The notes below the pieces were generated by a model. It did no database searches and was not told where the DNA came from. It was given only the letters and a program-made list of their open reading frames with translations. The translations under genes were made by a program, and so were the position numbers. A stretch of DNA of 61,608 nt, counting the filler, from Stramenopiles sp. TOSAG23-3 (lineage: Eukaryota), in assembly GCA_900128585.1 (NCBI GenBank). It is 14 parts of 14 records of this genome, joined end to end, with 100 filler letters (N's around TTAATTAATTAA, not from the genome) between each part and the next. Parts side by side here need not be neighbours in the genome. Positions count along the whole stretch, not along the records: positions 1 to 1,011 come from LT646712.1; positions 1,112 to 2,122 come from LT646713.1; positions 2,223 to 3,233 come from LT646714.1; positions 3,334 to 4,344 come from LT646715.1; positions 4,445 to 5,455 come from LT646716.1; positions 5,556 to 11,716 come from LT643373.1; 8 more parts are not named here. One strand, given 5' to 3'. Positions within the stretch are counted from its first letter, which is position 1, and each line of letters starts with the position of its first letter. Positions 1 to 9,539 of this stretch are shown here, piece after piece.

Positions 1-1011
1 CGATTTCAATACAACGACCTGGCCGACTCTGCCGGGCGGGTCCCCGTAAAATATTGCCATTTTTTGCCCACTTGTAGACCTGCTATGAATGTTCAAAGTG
101 TTTCCTTTCGCACAGGCAATAGCCAGGTATTGCCCCTTCTCTATCTTCGGACGCTCTGACGGGCGAATCTTTATAGTCTGGGTATTCGGGGTGAGCACCT
201 GCCCGTTTACTGGGGCTGGAGTGGACGAAAGTAGACGAAACTGTTTGCCTCGGACGCATTCATAGACTTGAACGTACAGCGTCGTGTAAGACGGCGGGCG
301 GGCAAACACCAGCGTAACGGACTCGACGTGGCCGCTTCTTTCGGCTGCAACATCCAGCAGCGAAAGTGGAGACTTCCACGTAGCAGCATCGGCAAGCGTT
401 CGTTGTCCTATCATGAAGTAGGGCTTGACAACTGACTTTACTTCCATCGGAAACGCTTTCCACCCGGAAATGTTTGCGTGGGGAAAATCAACCATTAGAA
501 AACCTTTCCCAGAGCTCGTCTCAGGAACCACACGGCACACTACGCCGGTGCAAGCACCCGCACTTTCTCCCAAGGCTGCAGCGGAGACTTTCAGCTTCTC
601 TATATCCTCTGGTTTGCTGCCTTCCGGCCATTGGTGCGCGGGGAAATCTTTCTTGCCCCACATCGATTCCCTGATTTGGACCATATCACCACCATTGTAA
701 AATTTCTCTGACACTACGCCGCCCACGGAAAATATAATCTCCGCAACTTCGTTGCTTTCACTAACGTCGGCAGGGTATCTGCCTTCATTGTCAAGCGCAT
801 TTACATTTGCCCCAGACTCTACTAGGACTTTCACAGACTCAGACTTGCCGTATCGGGCTGCCCAGTGGAGTGGAGTTCCACCAGCGCTATTGACTTCCTC
901 TAATTTCGCACCTTTTAGGATCAGCAGTTTCATTATGTCTAGGCGTTCCCACGAGGCAGCAATGTGCAGCGCAGTGTTTCCAAAACTGTTCCGTATGTTG
1001 ATGTCGTATAG
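1..1011 (-). CDS. Ankyrin-repeat protein, partial (open at both ends)
   Basis: Manual translation of the minus frame from 1011 gives LYDINIRNSFGNTALHIAASWERLDIMKLLILKGAKLEEVNSAGGTPLHWAARYGKS. This has two canonical TALH/TPLH ankyrin repeats followed by an unrecognised domain, and the frame is still open at position 1. It is absent from the ORF track. Confidence 0.85.
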
Positions 1012-1111
1012 NNNNNNNNNNNNNNNNNNNNNNNNNNNNNNNNNNNNNNNNNNNNTTAATTAATTAANNNNNNNNNNNNNNNNNNNNNNNNNNNNNNNNN
1101 NNNNNNNNNNN
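1012..1111. other. Artificial contig linker (N44-TTAATTAATTAA-N44). Identical linkers lie at 2123, 3234, 4345, 5456, 11717, 17971, 24224, 30475, 36723, 42953, 49182 and 55401.
   Basis: The same 100-bp spacer with stop codons in all six frames occurs 13 times. Contig lengths are uniform (1011 bp) and then decrease steadily from 6161 to 6119 bp. Confidence 0.98.
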
Positions 1112-1207
1112 TCTTCTCTTCTCTTCTCTTCTCTTCTCTTCTCTTCTCTTCTCTTCTCTTCTCTTCTCTTATCTTCTCTTCTCTTCTCTTCTCTTCTCTT
1201 CTCTTCT
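1112..1207. repeat. (CTCTT)n pentanucleotide microsatellite
   Basis: About 19 tandem CTCTT units at the contig start. Confidence 0.95.
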
Positions 1208-1210
1208 ACT

Positions 1211-1628
1211 AGTTGTATTGAGAAAGTAGAAACATTAAAATGCCCGCTGTGTAGAGCCGACTTGCCGAACCCGACGAAGTCCTATAGTCTCGTCGCTATC
1301 GTCCCCTATATAGACCTGATGTGTTGCCCGAACCACGATTTCGAAGGGGGGTCCCTTGCTTATCACGCCGTAAATACAGTGAAAAGGGTGGCTGTGACCG
1401 AAATATTGACGAAAAAAGAGTTTAAACAGCTGCGAAAGCTCCATTACTGGACCATTGAGGACCTGAAAAAAAAATAATTTAAAAAACCTGTATGCGATTA
1501 GCACTACGCTCCAGGAGGTATCGGAGAGGAACCTTGTTGTTCACCTGGACCATAGGGTCTCTAATTTCTTAGATTATGAAAATCATACTTATATTCTGAG
1601 TTCCGCCGAACTGCTTCAAAATAGATGA
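1211..1628 (+). CDS. C-terminal half of a RING-finger protein (exon fragment; probable frameshift in the A9 run at 1466-1474)
   Basis: SCIEKVETLKCPLCRADLPNP matches the RING end motif C...CPxCR and is preceded by a pyrimidine tract and TAG. The frame stops at 1477, but removing one A extends it to TGA at 1628. Confidence 0.5.
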
Positions 1629-1670
1629 TCTGGAGGTTTTGTTTTGTCCTAATATCAGTGGTAATGAATA

Positions 1671-1860
1671 TGATGCTGTCGGCCTGCTAAAAAACAAGTC
1701 AGTTGTCAACCAGTCAGTCAATTATGTAAATTTTGTTGTAAATTTTGTTGTTGAAAGAGTTTTTTAAAAGCTTAATAATGATGATGCTGTTGTCGGCCTG
1801 CTAAAAATGAAGTCGGGTGGGTGTCAACCAACCAGTCAATTATGTAAATTTTGTGGTTGG
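1671..1860 (+). repeat. Imperfect ~70-bp direct repeat (two copies)
   Basis: tgatgctg..gtcggcctgctaaaaa..aagtc..gtcaacca..cagtcaattatgtaaattttgt occurs at about 1671-1737 and 1782-1853. Confidence 0.8.
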
Positions 1861-2222
1861 TAGTAGCATTTAAGCCATTTTCTCGTCGATACGTAAGATG
1901 ACCTGGTGGCTTGCCAGCGAAGAGGAGACTTGAAAAGTTACACGTTTCTCGCCATAGAATACCGCCGTAACTACGACAAACACTGTTTCGAAATACACCA
2001 CAACAATACAAACCTTTTTATCCACACACCTTTACTATCTTTGAACCATGCGTGCCATGAACACTCTCTTATCCATTTGCTTGATCTTGCTGCTCAGCGC
2101 GGACCACGGATCTGCTGCTGCCNNNNNNNNNNNNNNNNNNNNNNNNNNNNNNNNNNNNNNNNNNNNTTAATTAATTAANNNNNNNNNNNNNNNNNNNNNN
2201 NNNNNNNNNNNNNNNNNNNNNN

Positions 2223-2302
2223 TCTTCTTTCTTCTTCTTTCTTCTTTCTTCTTCTTCTTCTTCTTCTTCTTCTTTCTTCTTCTTCTTCTTCTTCTTCTTC
2301 TC
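2223..2302. repeat. (CTT)n microsatellite
   Basis: Tandem CTT/CTTT units at the contig start. Confidence 0.9.
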
Positions 2303-2545
2303 CAAAACAATTTATACTACTACCACTACACACCACCAAATCTACAATAAAAATAATACATCTATAAATACCATTATTATGTTGTTGAGGTTTGGAGTTG
2401 TTGTTTCTCTTAGTCGAATAAATGTGCTTTAATCACTTCAGAATTCAGAACATGCTTTAATGCTTGTTACATAAGGTTAACAATTAATTACCAGAAGCTG
2501 GGTGCTTTTTGCGAACCTCGCCGTACCAAGGGTAGTTGCTGTGTG

Positions 2546-3232
2546 TTACAACCGCTTGAAACCCTTACAGGGAGCAGGACCAGACCTGTTAGGTGGGATG
2601 CAATGTCGCTGGCCTCCACCTGGACTGTGCTTGCAAATGGTCCCTCTTGCGCACGCAGCCTCCATCCCCGCAGGACAAAACGATCCGCATGCCCATCTAG
2701 GCAAATAACAAAGGCACGTCTTAGAAAACATTTTATACCTTGCACAATAACGGTCACGTGATGGGTTGGATGTGCAACGCGCAAGTCTTCGAAAGTCTTC
2801 GTCATCGTCTTCGTCGTCCATTTCGTCCTGCTCGTACTTGCTTCTTGCTTCTTCTTTGATTCTTGCTCTTTCGTCTTCGTCGTCCATTTCGTCCTGCTCG
2901 TACTTGCTTGTAACATCACAATTCCAATCACACGTATACTCCAAGTGATGTAATCGGTCAGAACATGCTGCTGCATCTGTTATCGTATTACAATCTGTTT
3001 CGTATGTTGGATAATTGGCTTTTGCATGGCAACAATTTGGTTGACAATTAGATGCACCTGTGGCTGAATTTTGCCCAGCTGGACAATTTCTACAAGTCGA
3101 TTCTCCAATTTCATTATTGTATTTGCCAATTGTGCAATTTTGACACAACGCTCTTCCAGTTTCATCGTTGTAAGTACCTGGTAGACATCTTTTGCACAAC
3201 GCTTGTCCAGTTTCATCGTTGTAAGTACCTGG
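2546..3232 (-). CDS. Cysteine-rich extracellular protein with GCC2/GCC3 (ephrin-receptor-like) repeats, 5'-partial
   Basis: CxxCxPGTYNDETG-type repeats (51-bp tandem unit at about 3144-3233), a duplicated SKYEQDEMDDED acidic segment, and a Cys-rich C-terminus. Confidence 0.75.
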   Translation of the reverse strand, partial: PGTYNDETGQALCKRCLPGTYNDETGRALCQNCTIGKYNNEIGESTCRNCPAGQNSATGASNCQPNCCHAKANYPTYETDCNTITDAAACSDRLHHLEYTCDWNCDVTSKYEQDEMDDEDERARIKEEARSKYEQDEMDDEDDDEDFRRLARCTSNPSRDRYCARYKMFSKTCLCYLPRWACGSFCPAGMEAACARGTICKHSPGGGQRHCIPPNRSGPAPCKGFKRL

Positions 3233-3360
3233 TNNNNNNNNNNNNNNNNNNNNNNNNNNNNNNNNNNNNNNNNNNNNTTAATTAATTAANNNNNNNNNNN
3301 NNNNNNNNNNNNNNNNNNNNNNNNNNNNNNNNNCAGTACATGAAGGAACGTAAACCTTTA

Positions 3361-3487
3361 ATTGGACAAAAGGAGCAGATTCGTTTTCGCGGTACACGAG
3401 GAAGATAAAAATTTTAATTTACTTAGACTTCTTACTTATGTTATCATATCATATCATAAATAGAACAGCCAATTTTTTGTTTTTATA
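3361..3487 (-). repeat. Copy of the dispersed gene-3'-end repeat family
   Basis: tggacaaaaggagcagattcgttttcgcggtacacgaggaagataaaaattttaatt...aacagccaattttttgttttt. It shares blocks with 15141-15241, 27221-27288, 41338-41410, 44178-44208, 48441-48506, 53269-53380 and 56731-57278. Confidence 0.8.
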
Positions 3488-3578
3488 AGTATCATAAGAC
3501 AATACAGTGTTGTGTTATTCCTACGAGTTTGTAAAACTGGTTTTTCAATTTCTTTGGACAAAGGCACCATAGTCTCTC

Positions 3579-4343
3579 CTAGCCTCGTTCCTGCCTTTCC
3601 CATTTTGCAAGTATGTCTTCAGCAAACGGAAGCCAGATTTCGGCCGGTTTGACCGGATACTTTAACGCAAAACTGAGTCCTCGCAGCATCACTGCCATTC
3701 GGCTTGGCATGATAAATTCGTCACGGTTGCTAATGACTGGGTCTCGCTCCCCTAGACTTTCAAAAAATAGTTGAATGTTCTTCCCTTCACACATTTCCCT
3801 GTCATCCCTATTCCATGATATTTGAGCTATTTTATAAATAACGTAGGGGTCCATGTGCTTTGTTACCAAGTTGTGGTCCTCGATCATTACTCGCACCACC
3901 TCATCCTTGTCATCGTGTGCTAAAGCGATTATTAATTTTGCAATATCTACGCGCGTTTTCATGTCCAACTTCTTTACCTGCCCGTAGTCAATGAGGCCTA
4001 TGCGGCCATCGTCAAGGAGCATTATGTTACCCGGGTGGGGGTCTCCATTCATAAACCCATCAACGAAGAGCTCGTGGCCGTGAACTGTCCATAAAAAGTC
4101 TAATATTTCCGGGATGTTCAGGGGCAATTCACTCCAATGGTACTTCATTGGTTGGGCTAGGAAGCCAATGGAATTGTTGTAACAAAACCGACAAAAGTTT
4201 AGCGTACAATCTTTTATTCGCAGCAGACCTTGGTACATGTAAACCATGCGCTTCCCCCCCCAAGCGTTTTCTGCACTGCCACCCACGCTATCCCCCTTGA
4301 GGGCTTTCTCTCGCTCGCGCTCCTCAAATTCTTCCAAGCCCAG
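3579..4343 (-). CDS. ABC1/UbiB (ADCK) atypical kinase family protein, 5'-partial
   Basis: GFMNGDPHPGNIMLLDDGRIGLIDYGQVK carries the ABC1 catalytic-loop and DFG-like motifs. Confidence 0.9.
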   Translation of the reverse strand: MGLEEFEEREREKALKGDSVGGSAENAWGGKRMVYMYQGLLRIKDCTLNFCRFCYNNSIGFLAQPMKYHWSELPLNIPEILDFLWTVHGHELFVDGFMNGDPHPGNIMLLDDGRIGLIDYGQVKKLDMKTRVDIAKLIIALAHDDKDEVVRVMIEDHNLVTKHMDPYVIYKIAQISWNRDDREMCEGKNIQLFFESLGERDPVISNRDEFIMPSRMAVMLRGLSFALKYPVKPAEIWLPFAEDILAKWERQERG

Positions 4344-4444
4344 CNNNNNNNNNNNNNNNNNNNNNNNNNNNNNNNNNNNNNNNNNNNNTTAATTAATTAA
4401 NNNNNNNNNNNNNNNNNNNNNNNNNNNNNNNNNNNNNNNNNNNN

Positions 4445-4871
4445 CGATTTGATTACTATCCAGGCGAAGGTCCGTAAGATGGACGAGCGTTGCCAGTGGT
4501 GTCACGTCCACGATTTGATTAACAGCGAGGTGGAGCTCCTTGAGATTAACGAGCGCTGCCAGGGGTGGCACGTCCACGATTTGATTATCATAGAGGTCGA
4601 GCGTCTTCACCTTCAGCAACTCCTTTCCCATCATCTCATAGAGCTCCGCCTTGGTGATGTCCAGATCGAACAAACCAGGTTTAAGTTGTTTGCATGTCTC
4701 CACAAGCTTCTTAATGATGATTATAGCACCACGACTGTCCTGTGGAAACATGCCAACGCACGCCTCCTCACCTTCCCAGTAAAAAGTCAACATCGCTTCA
4801 ATCAACGTGTCGTTGGTTAGGTTGACTGAAACATCCTTCGCAGCAGCAGCGCCAGAGCTTCCCCCCTGCAT
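4445..4871 (-). CDS. Internalin/SDS22-like LRR protein, N-terminal part
   Basis: ATG at 4871, then 22-aa repeats LxxLxLxxNQIVDVxPLAxL. The ORF runs off the contig edge. Confidence 0.85.
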
Positions 4872-5131
4872 GGTTTATTAAACTCCGTCAACGGGCATGC
4901 CGACGAAGCGTAAAAAAATATCTTTAAAATTGCTTCGTTTTAAGAAAGTGTTAAGTTTACGAAACTGTCTTCGGAAACGTCCGAATCGGATACTTCATTC
5001 AATGGTAGCATCTTTTTCCTCCGCCGCATCCTCCGTCTTCCTCCCGTGACAGCCATTAATTAACATCAGAATAGCATTAATATTTACGTGCTCCGTCTGC
5101 CCAAAACAAACACACAACGTTTCAAAAAACT

Positions 5132-5455
5132 TTAAACAATGGTACAGCAACCACCACCACCACCACCACCACGCTCAACACGCTCAACAATAACACCATG
5201 AATCTTTGTGCGTTTTGGTAGTGAACGAAGGGGGCTCGTGTCCACAATTTGATTTCCACCGAGGTGGAGCTCCTTGAGATGGACGAGCCCTGCCAGTGGT
5301 GCCACGTCCCAGACTTTATTTCTATCGAGCCCGAGCCCCGTGAGATTCACGAGCCCTGCCAGTGGTGTCACGTCCACGATTTGATTACTATCCAGGCGAA
5401 GGTCCGTAAGATGGACGAGCGTTGCCAGTGGTGTCACGTCCACGATTTGATTAAC
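5132..5455 (-). CDS. Internalin/SDS22-like LRR protein, C-terminal part ending in a CaaX box (GGGGGGGCCTIV*)
   Basis: The same 66-bp LRR repeat as above, followed by a Gly linker and terminal CCTIV. Confidence 0.85.
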   Translation of the reverse strand, partial: VNQIVDVTPLATLVHLTDLRLDSNQIVDVTPLAGLVNLTGLGLDRNKVWDVAPLAGLVHLKELHLGGNQIVDTSPLRSLPKRTKIHGVIVERVERGGGGGGGCCTIV

Positions 5456-5557
5456 NNNNNNNNNNNNNNNNNNNNNNNNNNNNNNNNNNNNNNNNNNNNT
5501 TAATTAATTAANNNNNNNNNNNNNNNNNNNNNNNNNNNNNNNNNNNNNNNNNNNNTA

Positions 5558-8215
5558 GTCGAGGAAGTAGAACAGCGCAACCGCTTGCGCCTGCTCCAGC
5601 CCTGGTTGGAAGCGCGTATTGCAGAGGGGAACACCGAGCCGGCAACACACAACGCAGTTGGTAAACTGTATATTCGCCTCAACAAAGACCCACAGCAGTT
5701 TCTGCTGCACAATCAATTTTACGATTCGAAGGTAGTAGGGAAGTTTTGCGAGAAATTGGACCCATACCTGGCGTTCCTTGCGTACAAACGAGCGTGGGGA
5801 AAGTGCGACGACGAACTGATTGAAGTCACTGCCGCCCATGGCCTGTTCAAAGACCAAGCCCGTTACTTAGTGGAACGACAAGACTTCGACTTGTGGAACC
5901 GCGTTCTCGACGATGCCAACGAGCACAAACGCCAACTGATCGATGAAGTCGTTGGTACTGCCTTGCCAGAAAACGAAAATGCGGACGCCCTAGGGGCAAC
6001 CGTCAAAGCATTTTTGGACAACAATTTGCCGAACGAGTTGATCGAGCTGCTTGAAAAAATTATTTTGCAGAGTCACACTGATTTTTCCACGAACGAAAAC
6101 TTGCAGAATTTGCTCATTTTGACAGCGATTCGCACGGACGCAGGACGCGTTGCGGGGTACATTGAGCGCCTTGACAATTTCAACGGCTCTGCCATTGCCA
6201 AAATTGCACGATCCGACGAGTACAAATTGTACGAAGAGGCATTCTCCATCTACAAAAAATTTAATTTGGACGAGGACGCAGTCGATGTGCTCCTTTTCCA
6301 AATCAAGAACTTGGAACGTGGGTACGAGTACGCCGAACGCGTTGACACTGCTGACGTATGGAGCAAACTAGCGAAGGCTCAATTGGACGAACGCATGACC
6401 CATGACGCGGTGACCAGCTACTGCAAAGCAAACAATGCTTCCAATTTCCAAGAAGTCATTTCCAGGTGCCAAGAAGAAAATAACTTCGAAGACCTTGTGA
6501 CTTACTTGCAGATGGCGCGCGAGAACATCAAAGAGAAAGTCGTCGACACGGAACTCATTTTTTCTTACGCGAAAACCGGCATGCTAACGGAGCTTGAGAC
6601 GTTCATCTCGTCGCCCAACATCGGAAACATCCAAACCGTGGGTGACCGTGCGTACGGTGAGGGAATGTTTGAAGCTGGAAAAGTGTTGTTCAAGGTTATC
6701 TCTAACTTTGCAATGCTCACAAGCTGCCACTTGAACTTGGAAGAATTCAAAGAAGCAGTAGATGCCGCGAAAAAAGCGAATAGTGTCCGTACCTGGAAGG
6801 AAGTCAACAAAGCCTGTGTTCTTGCAAGTAAGTTTGAGCTTGGTGCCATTGCTGGCCTGGCGATCATAGTGAACCCGGACCACTTGGACGAGGTTGTGTA
6901 CCTATATGAACGCCTTGGGCATTTTGACAGAATTGTAGAACTTCTTGAACAGGGTCTGGGTTCTGAACAAGCGCACACAGGTATTTTTACCGAACTAGGC
7001 TGCTTGTACTCGAAATACCGACCGGAGAAATTGATGGAACACATCAAGATATTCTGGAGCCGCTGCACCATCCCCAAGCTATTGCGGGCATGCGAAGCAG
7101 GGTACCACTGGGCAGAGGCGTGCTTTCTTCAACAAGAAAACGAAGATTTTGACAGCGCTGCCCGAACAATGATGGACCACTCTCCAGAGGCCTTCGACCA
7201 CGACAAATTCGTGTCCATTATTCAAAAAGTCCGAAACCAAGACCTTTTTTACGCCGCGATCGACTTCTATTTGACGGAGGAACCGAAGCATTTGGAGAAG
7301 TTGATGAACTTCCTTCAGTCAAAGCTGGACCACACCCGCGTTGTGCATCAAATCAGAAAGCACAAACAGCTCTTGATGATCATGCCTTACCTAAAGGTTG
7401 TCCAGAAAGAAAATTTGACTGCAGTAAACGATGCTGTAAACGAGTCGTATGTAAACGAAGAAGACTTTGATTCTCTTCGGGATAGCATCGACAAGTACGA
7501 CAATTTTGACCAGTTGGGCCTTGCGAAAAAGATCGAAAAGCACGATTTGATCGAATTTAGACGCATTGCCGCGTACTTGTACAAGAACAACAAACGATAC
7601 GAACAGAGTATTGCTCTTAGCAAGGAGGATAAAATGTACAAAGATGCAATCGATACTGCCGCAAACAGTGGAGACGCAAAATTGGCCGAGGGTCTGTTGG
7701 ATTTTTTTGTCAACATCGGCAACAAACCTTGTTTTACTGCCACCCTTTACACCTGTTCGAGCCTTGTTCGCCCAGAAGTTGCGTTAGAACTTGCCTGGAA
7801 GAACGGTTTGATGGACTTTGCCATGCCATTTATGATTCAGTTCGTTGCTAACGCAAGCGCCAAACTGAAGGAAATCGACGAGCGCACTAAACCAAAAGAA
7901 GAAGAGGAAACTGCTGGTCAAGGAGGTATGGACGGTCAAAATATGATGATGAACCCAGGGATGTTGGCCCTACCAGATCAGGGTATGGGAATGATGCCCC
8001 CCATGGGGCAAATGGGGCAAATGGGACAAATGGGCCAGATGCCTGGTCCTCAAATGGGCCAAATGCCTGGTCCTCAAATGGGCCAGATGGGCCAAATGCC
8101 AGGCCAACAAATGGGACAAATGCCACAAATGGGCATGCCACCTGCCCCGCAAATGGGACAGATGAACATGCAAATGAGCATGGGCAACATGGGCACTATG
8201 AACAACGGGTTTTAA
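5558..8215 (+). CDS. CLTC: Clathrin heavy chain, 5'-partial
   Basis: VEEVEQRNRLRLLQPWLE...PATHNAVGKLYI...VGKFCEKLDPYLA...EFRRIAAYLYK...LELAWKNGLMDFAMPFMIQ match the CHCR repeats and trimerisation region. Confidence 0.97.
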   Translation, partial: VEEVEQRNRLRLLQPWLEARIAEGNTEPATHNAVGKLYIRLNKDPQQFLLHNQFYDSKVVGKFCEKLDPYLAFLAYKRAWGKCDDELIEVTAAHGLFKDQARYLVERQDFDLWNRVLDDANEHKRQLIDEVVGTALPENENADALGATVKAFLDNNLPNELIELLEKIILQSHTDFSTNENLQNLLILTAIRTDAGRVAGYIERLDNFNGSAIAKIARSDEYKLYEEAFSIYKKFNLDEDAVDVLLFQIKNLERGYEYAERVDTADVWSKLAKAQLDERMTHDAVTSYCKANNASNFQEVISRCQEENNFEDLVTYLQMARENIKEKVVDTELIFSYAKTGMLTELETFISSPNIGNIQTVGDRAYGEGMFEAGKVLFKVISNFAMLTSCHLNLEEFKEAVDAAKKANSVRTWKEVNKACVLASKFELGAIAGLAIIVNPDHLDEVVYLYERLGHFDRIVELLEQGLGSEQAHTGIFTELGCLYSKYRPEKLMEHIKIFWSRCTIPKLLRACEAGYHWAEACFLQQENEDFDSAARTMMDHSPEAFDHDKFVSIIQKVRNQDLFYAAIDFYLTEEPKHLEKLMNFLQSKLDHTRVVHQIRKHKQLLMIMPYLKVVQKENLTAVNDAVNESYVNEEDFDSLRDSIDKYDNFDQLGLAKKIEKHDLIEFRRIAAYLYKNNKRYEQSIALSKEDKMYKDAIDTAANSGDAKLAEGLLDFFVNIGNKPCFTATLYTCSSLVRPEVALELAWKNGLMDFAMPFMIQFVANASAKLKEIDERTKPKEEEETAGQGGMDGQNMMMNPGMLALPDQGMGMMPPMGQMGQMGQMGQMPGPQMGQMPGPQMGQMGQMPGQQMGQMPQMGMPPAPQMGQMNMQMSMGNMGTMNNGF
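7990..8200 (+). repeat. Coding minisatellite (MGQ/MPGPQ repeats) in the clathrin tail
   Basis: Repeated atggg(c/a/g)ca(a/g) and atgcctggtcctcaa units. Confidence 0.85.
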
Positions 8216-9094
8216 AAAGTGGTGCTTTAATTTCTGTGTGGTGCGTTAGTGTGTCTAGGTGACCTACAATTACGAGAATTTATTACATTTGATTAATATT
8301 AAAATCAAAATAAATGCTGTTATTTACGCTATCGTAGCTTTTCCCTCTTCCAAGGTCTGACACAAAGACAAACGAAACACGCGCGCGAGAGGCGAGAGTG
8401 TTCGTCTATTTTTTACGAAATAGATTTGTCACTCAAAATGTGAAACACTTCTTTTTTTTCTTCTTGTAATACAACTACTATGTATTTGTCGTAGTCTTAT
8501 TATCTCATTTCTCCCTTCCCTCCCCGCCACTCACCAACAACAAACAAACACTTTGGATAATGATGTTATAATCTTCCTGTTGTGACCTGTATGCTTTGCT
8601 CTCACTGCCTTCCTCTCACTTAAAAATGTTTTTTCTTTTTTATTATCTCTTTCTTCTCCTTCTCCGGACGGAAGGGAAGGACCTACCGTACCTACCGACC
8701 GACCGACCAACCTCTCCTCTCTCGATCCATCATATTTAATTACCAGGGGTAATAATGGCCAATAGCGCACCATAATAATCTTATTATTATATTTTTTTTT
8801 TATTTTATTATTGGCCCAACAATAATTATTATTATATAATACACGCACCACACACACACACGAAGTTTTTGTTTTACTTATTTGATTGTAGTATTATTTT
8901 TCTTGGCTCGCGATTAGTTTATATGCTTCTCAAACGTTTCTTTGCACCGAACGAATAATCTGATTGGAATTTCAGCGAGGGAACATTTACCAGAATTTAC
9001 AAGTGGTAAAAGATCAACATATTTTTCTTCCGCTCGTTCATTTTTCGATCCCTGTTTACTGCCGAAAAGGAATATATAATTGCACCGTTTCAAC

Positions 9095-9337
9095 ATGAGT
9101 AAACACACAGGACCGGACCTGAAGAAGTATATGGAAAAGAACGTTTGCGTCAAAATGAACGGCAACAGGAAGGTGGTTGGAACCCTCCGAGGTTATGACC
9201 AATTTATGAATCTAGTATTAGAAAATGCGGTGGACAACAATAGCGAAGAGAAAACTCCTTTGGGGCAGGTTGTTATTCGTGGAAATAGCGTCGTACAGTT
9301 GGAGGTTTTGCCTTGGGATCCAAAGTCTTCATCGTGA
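9095..9337 (+). CDS. SNRPG: Small nuclear ribonucleoprotein G (SmG)
   Basis: MSKHTGPDLKKYMEK...NGNRKVVGTLRGYDQFMNLVL...VVIRGNSVVQLE contains the Sm1/Sm2 motifs. ATG is at 9095. Confidence 0.93.
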   Translation: MSKHTGPDLKKYMEKNVCVKMNGNRKVVGTLRGYDQFMNLVLENAVDNNSEEKTPLGQVVIRGNSVVQLEVLPWDPKSSS

Positions 9338-9539
9338 GAAAGTAGGAACGCTGCGAAGTGTCAACAGGTGAGGAGGTAAAGGGGGGAGGGGTCACCAATG
9401 CGAAATGATGTGGTTTTTGTATCACCTCTTAAAACCAAATTTTTTCTAGAAGTATTACCACACTTAAAAGTATTCGTTGCTGCCGTTATTTTTCCACTCT
9501 CTTTTTCCACCTAGTGCTCGATTGGGTCAATACGAAACA

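Noticed and set aside
4445-5455. Bacterial (Listeria internalin) contamination as the source of the LRR contig
   Set aside because: The terminal CaaX box and the lack of a signal peptide or LPXTG motif fit a eukaryotic protein, although origin from a co-assembled eukaryote cannot be excluded.
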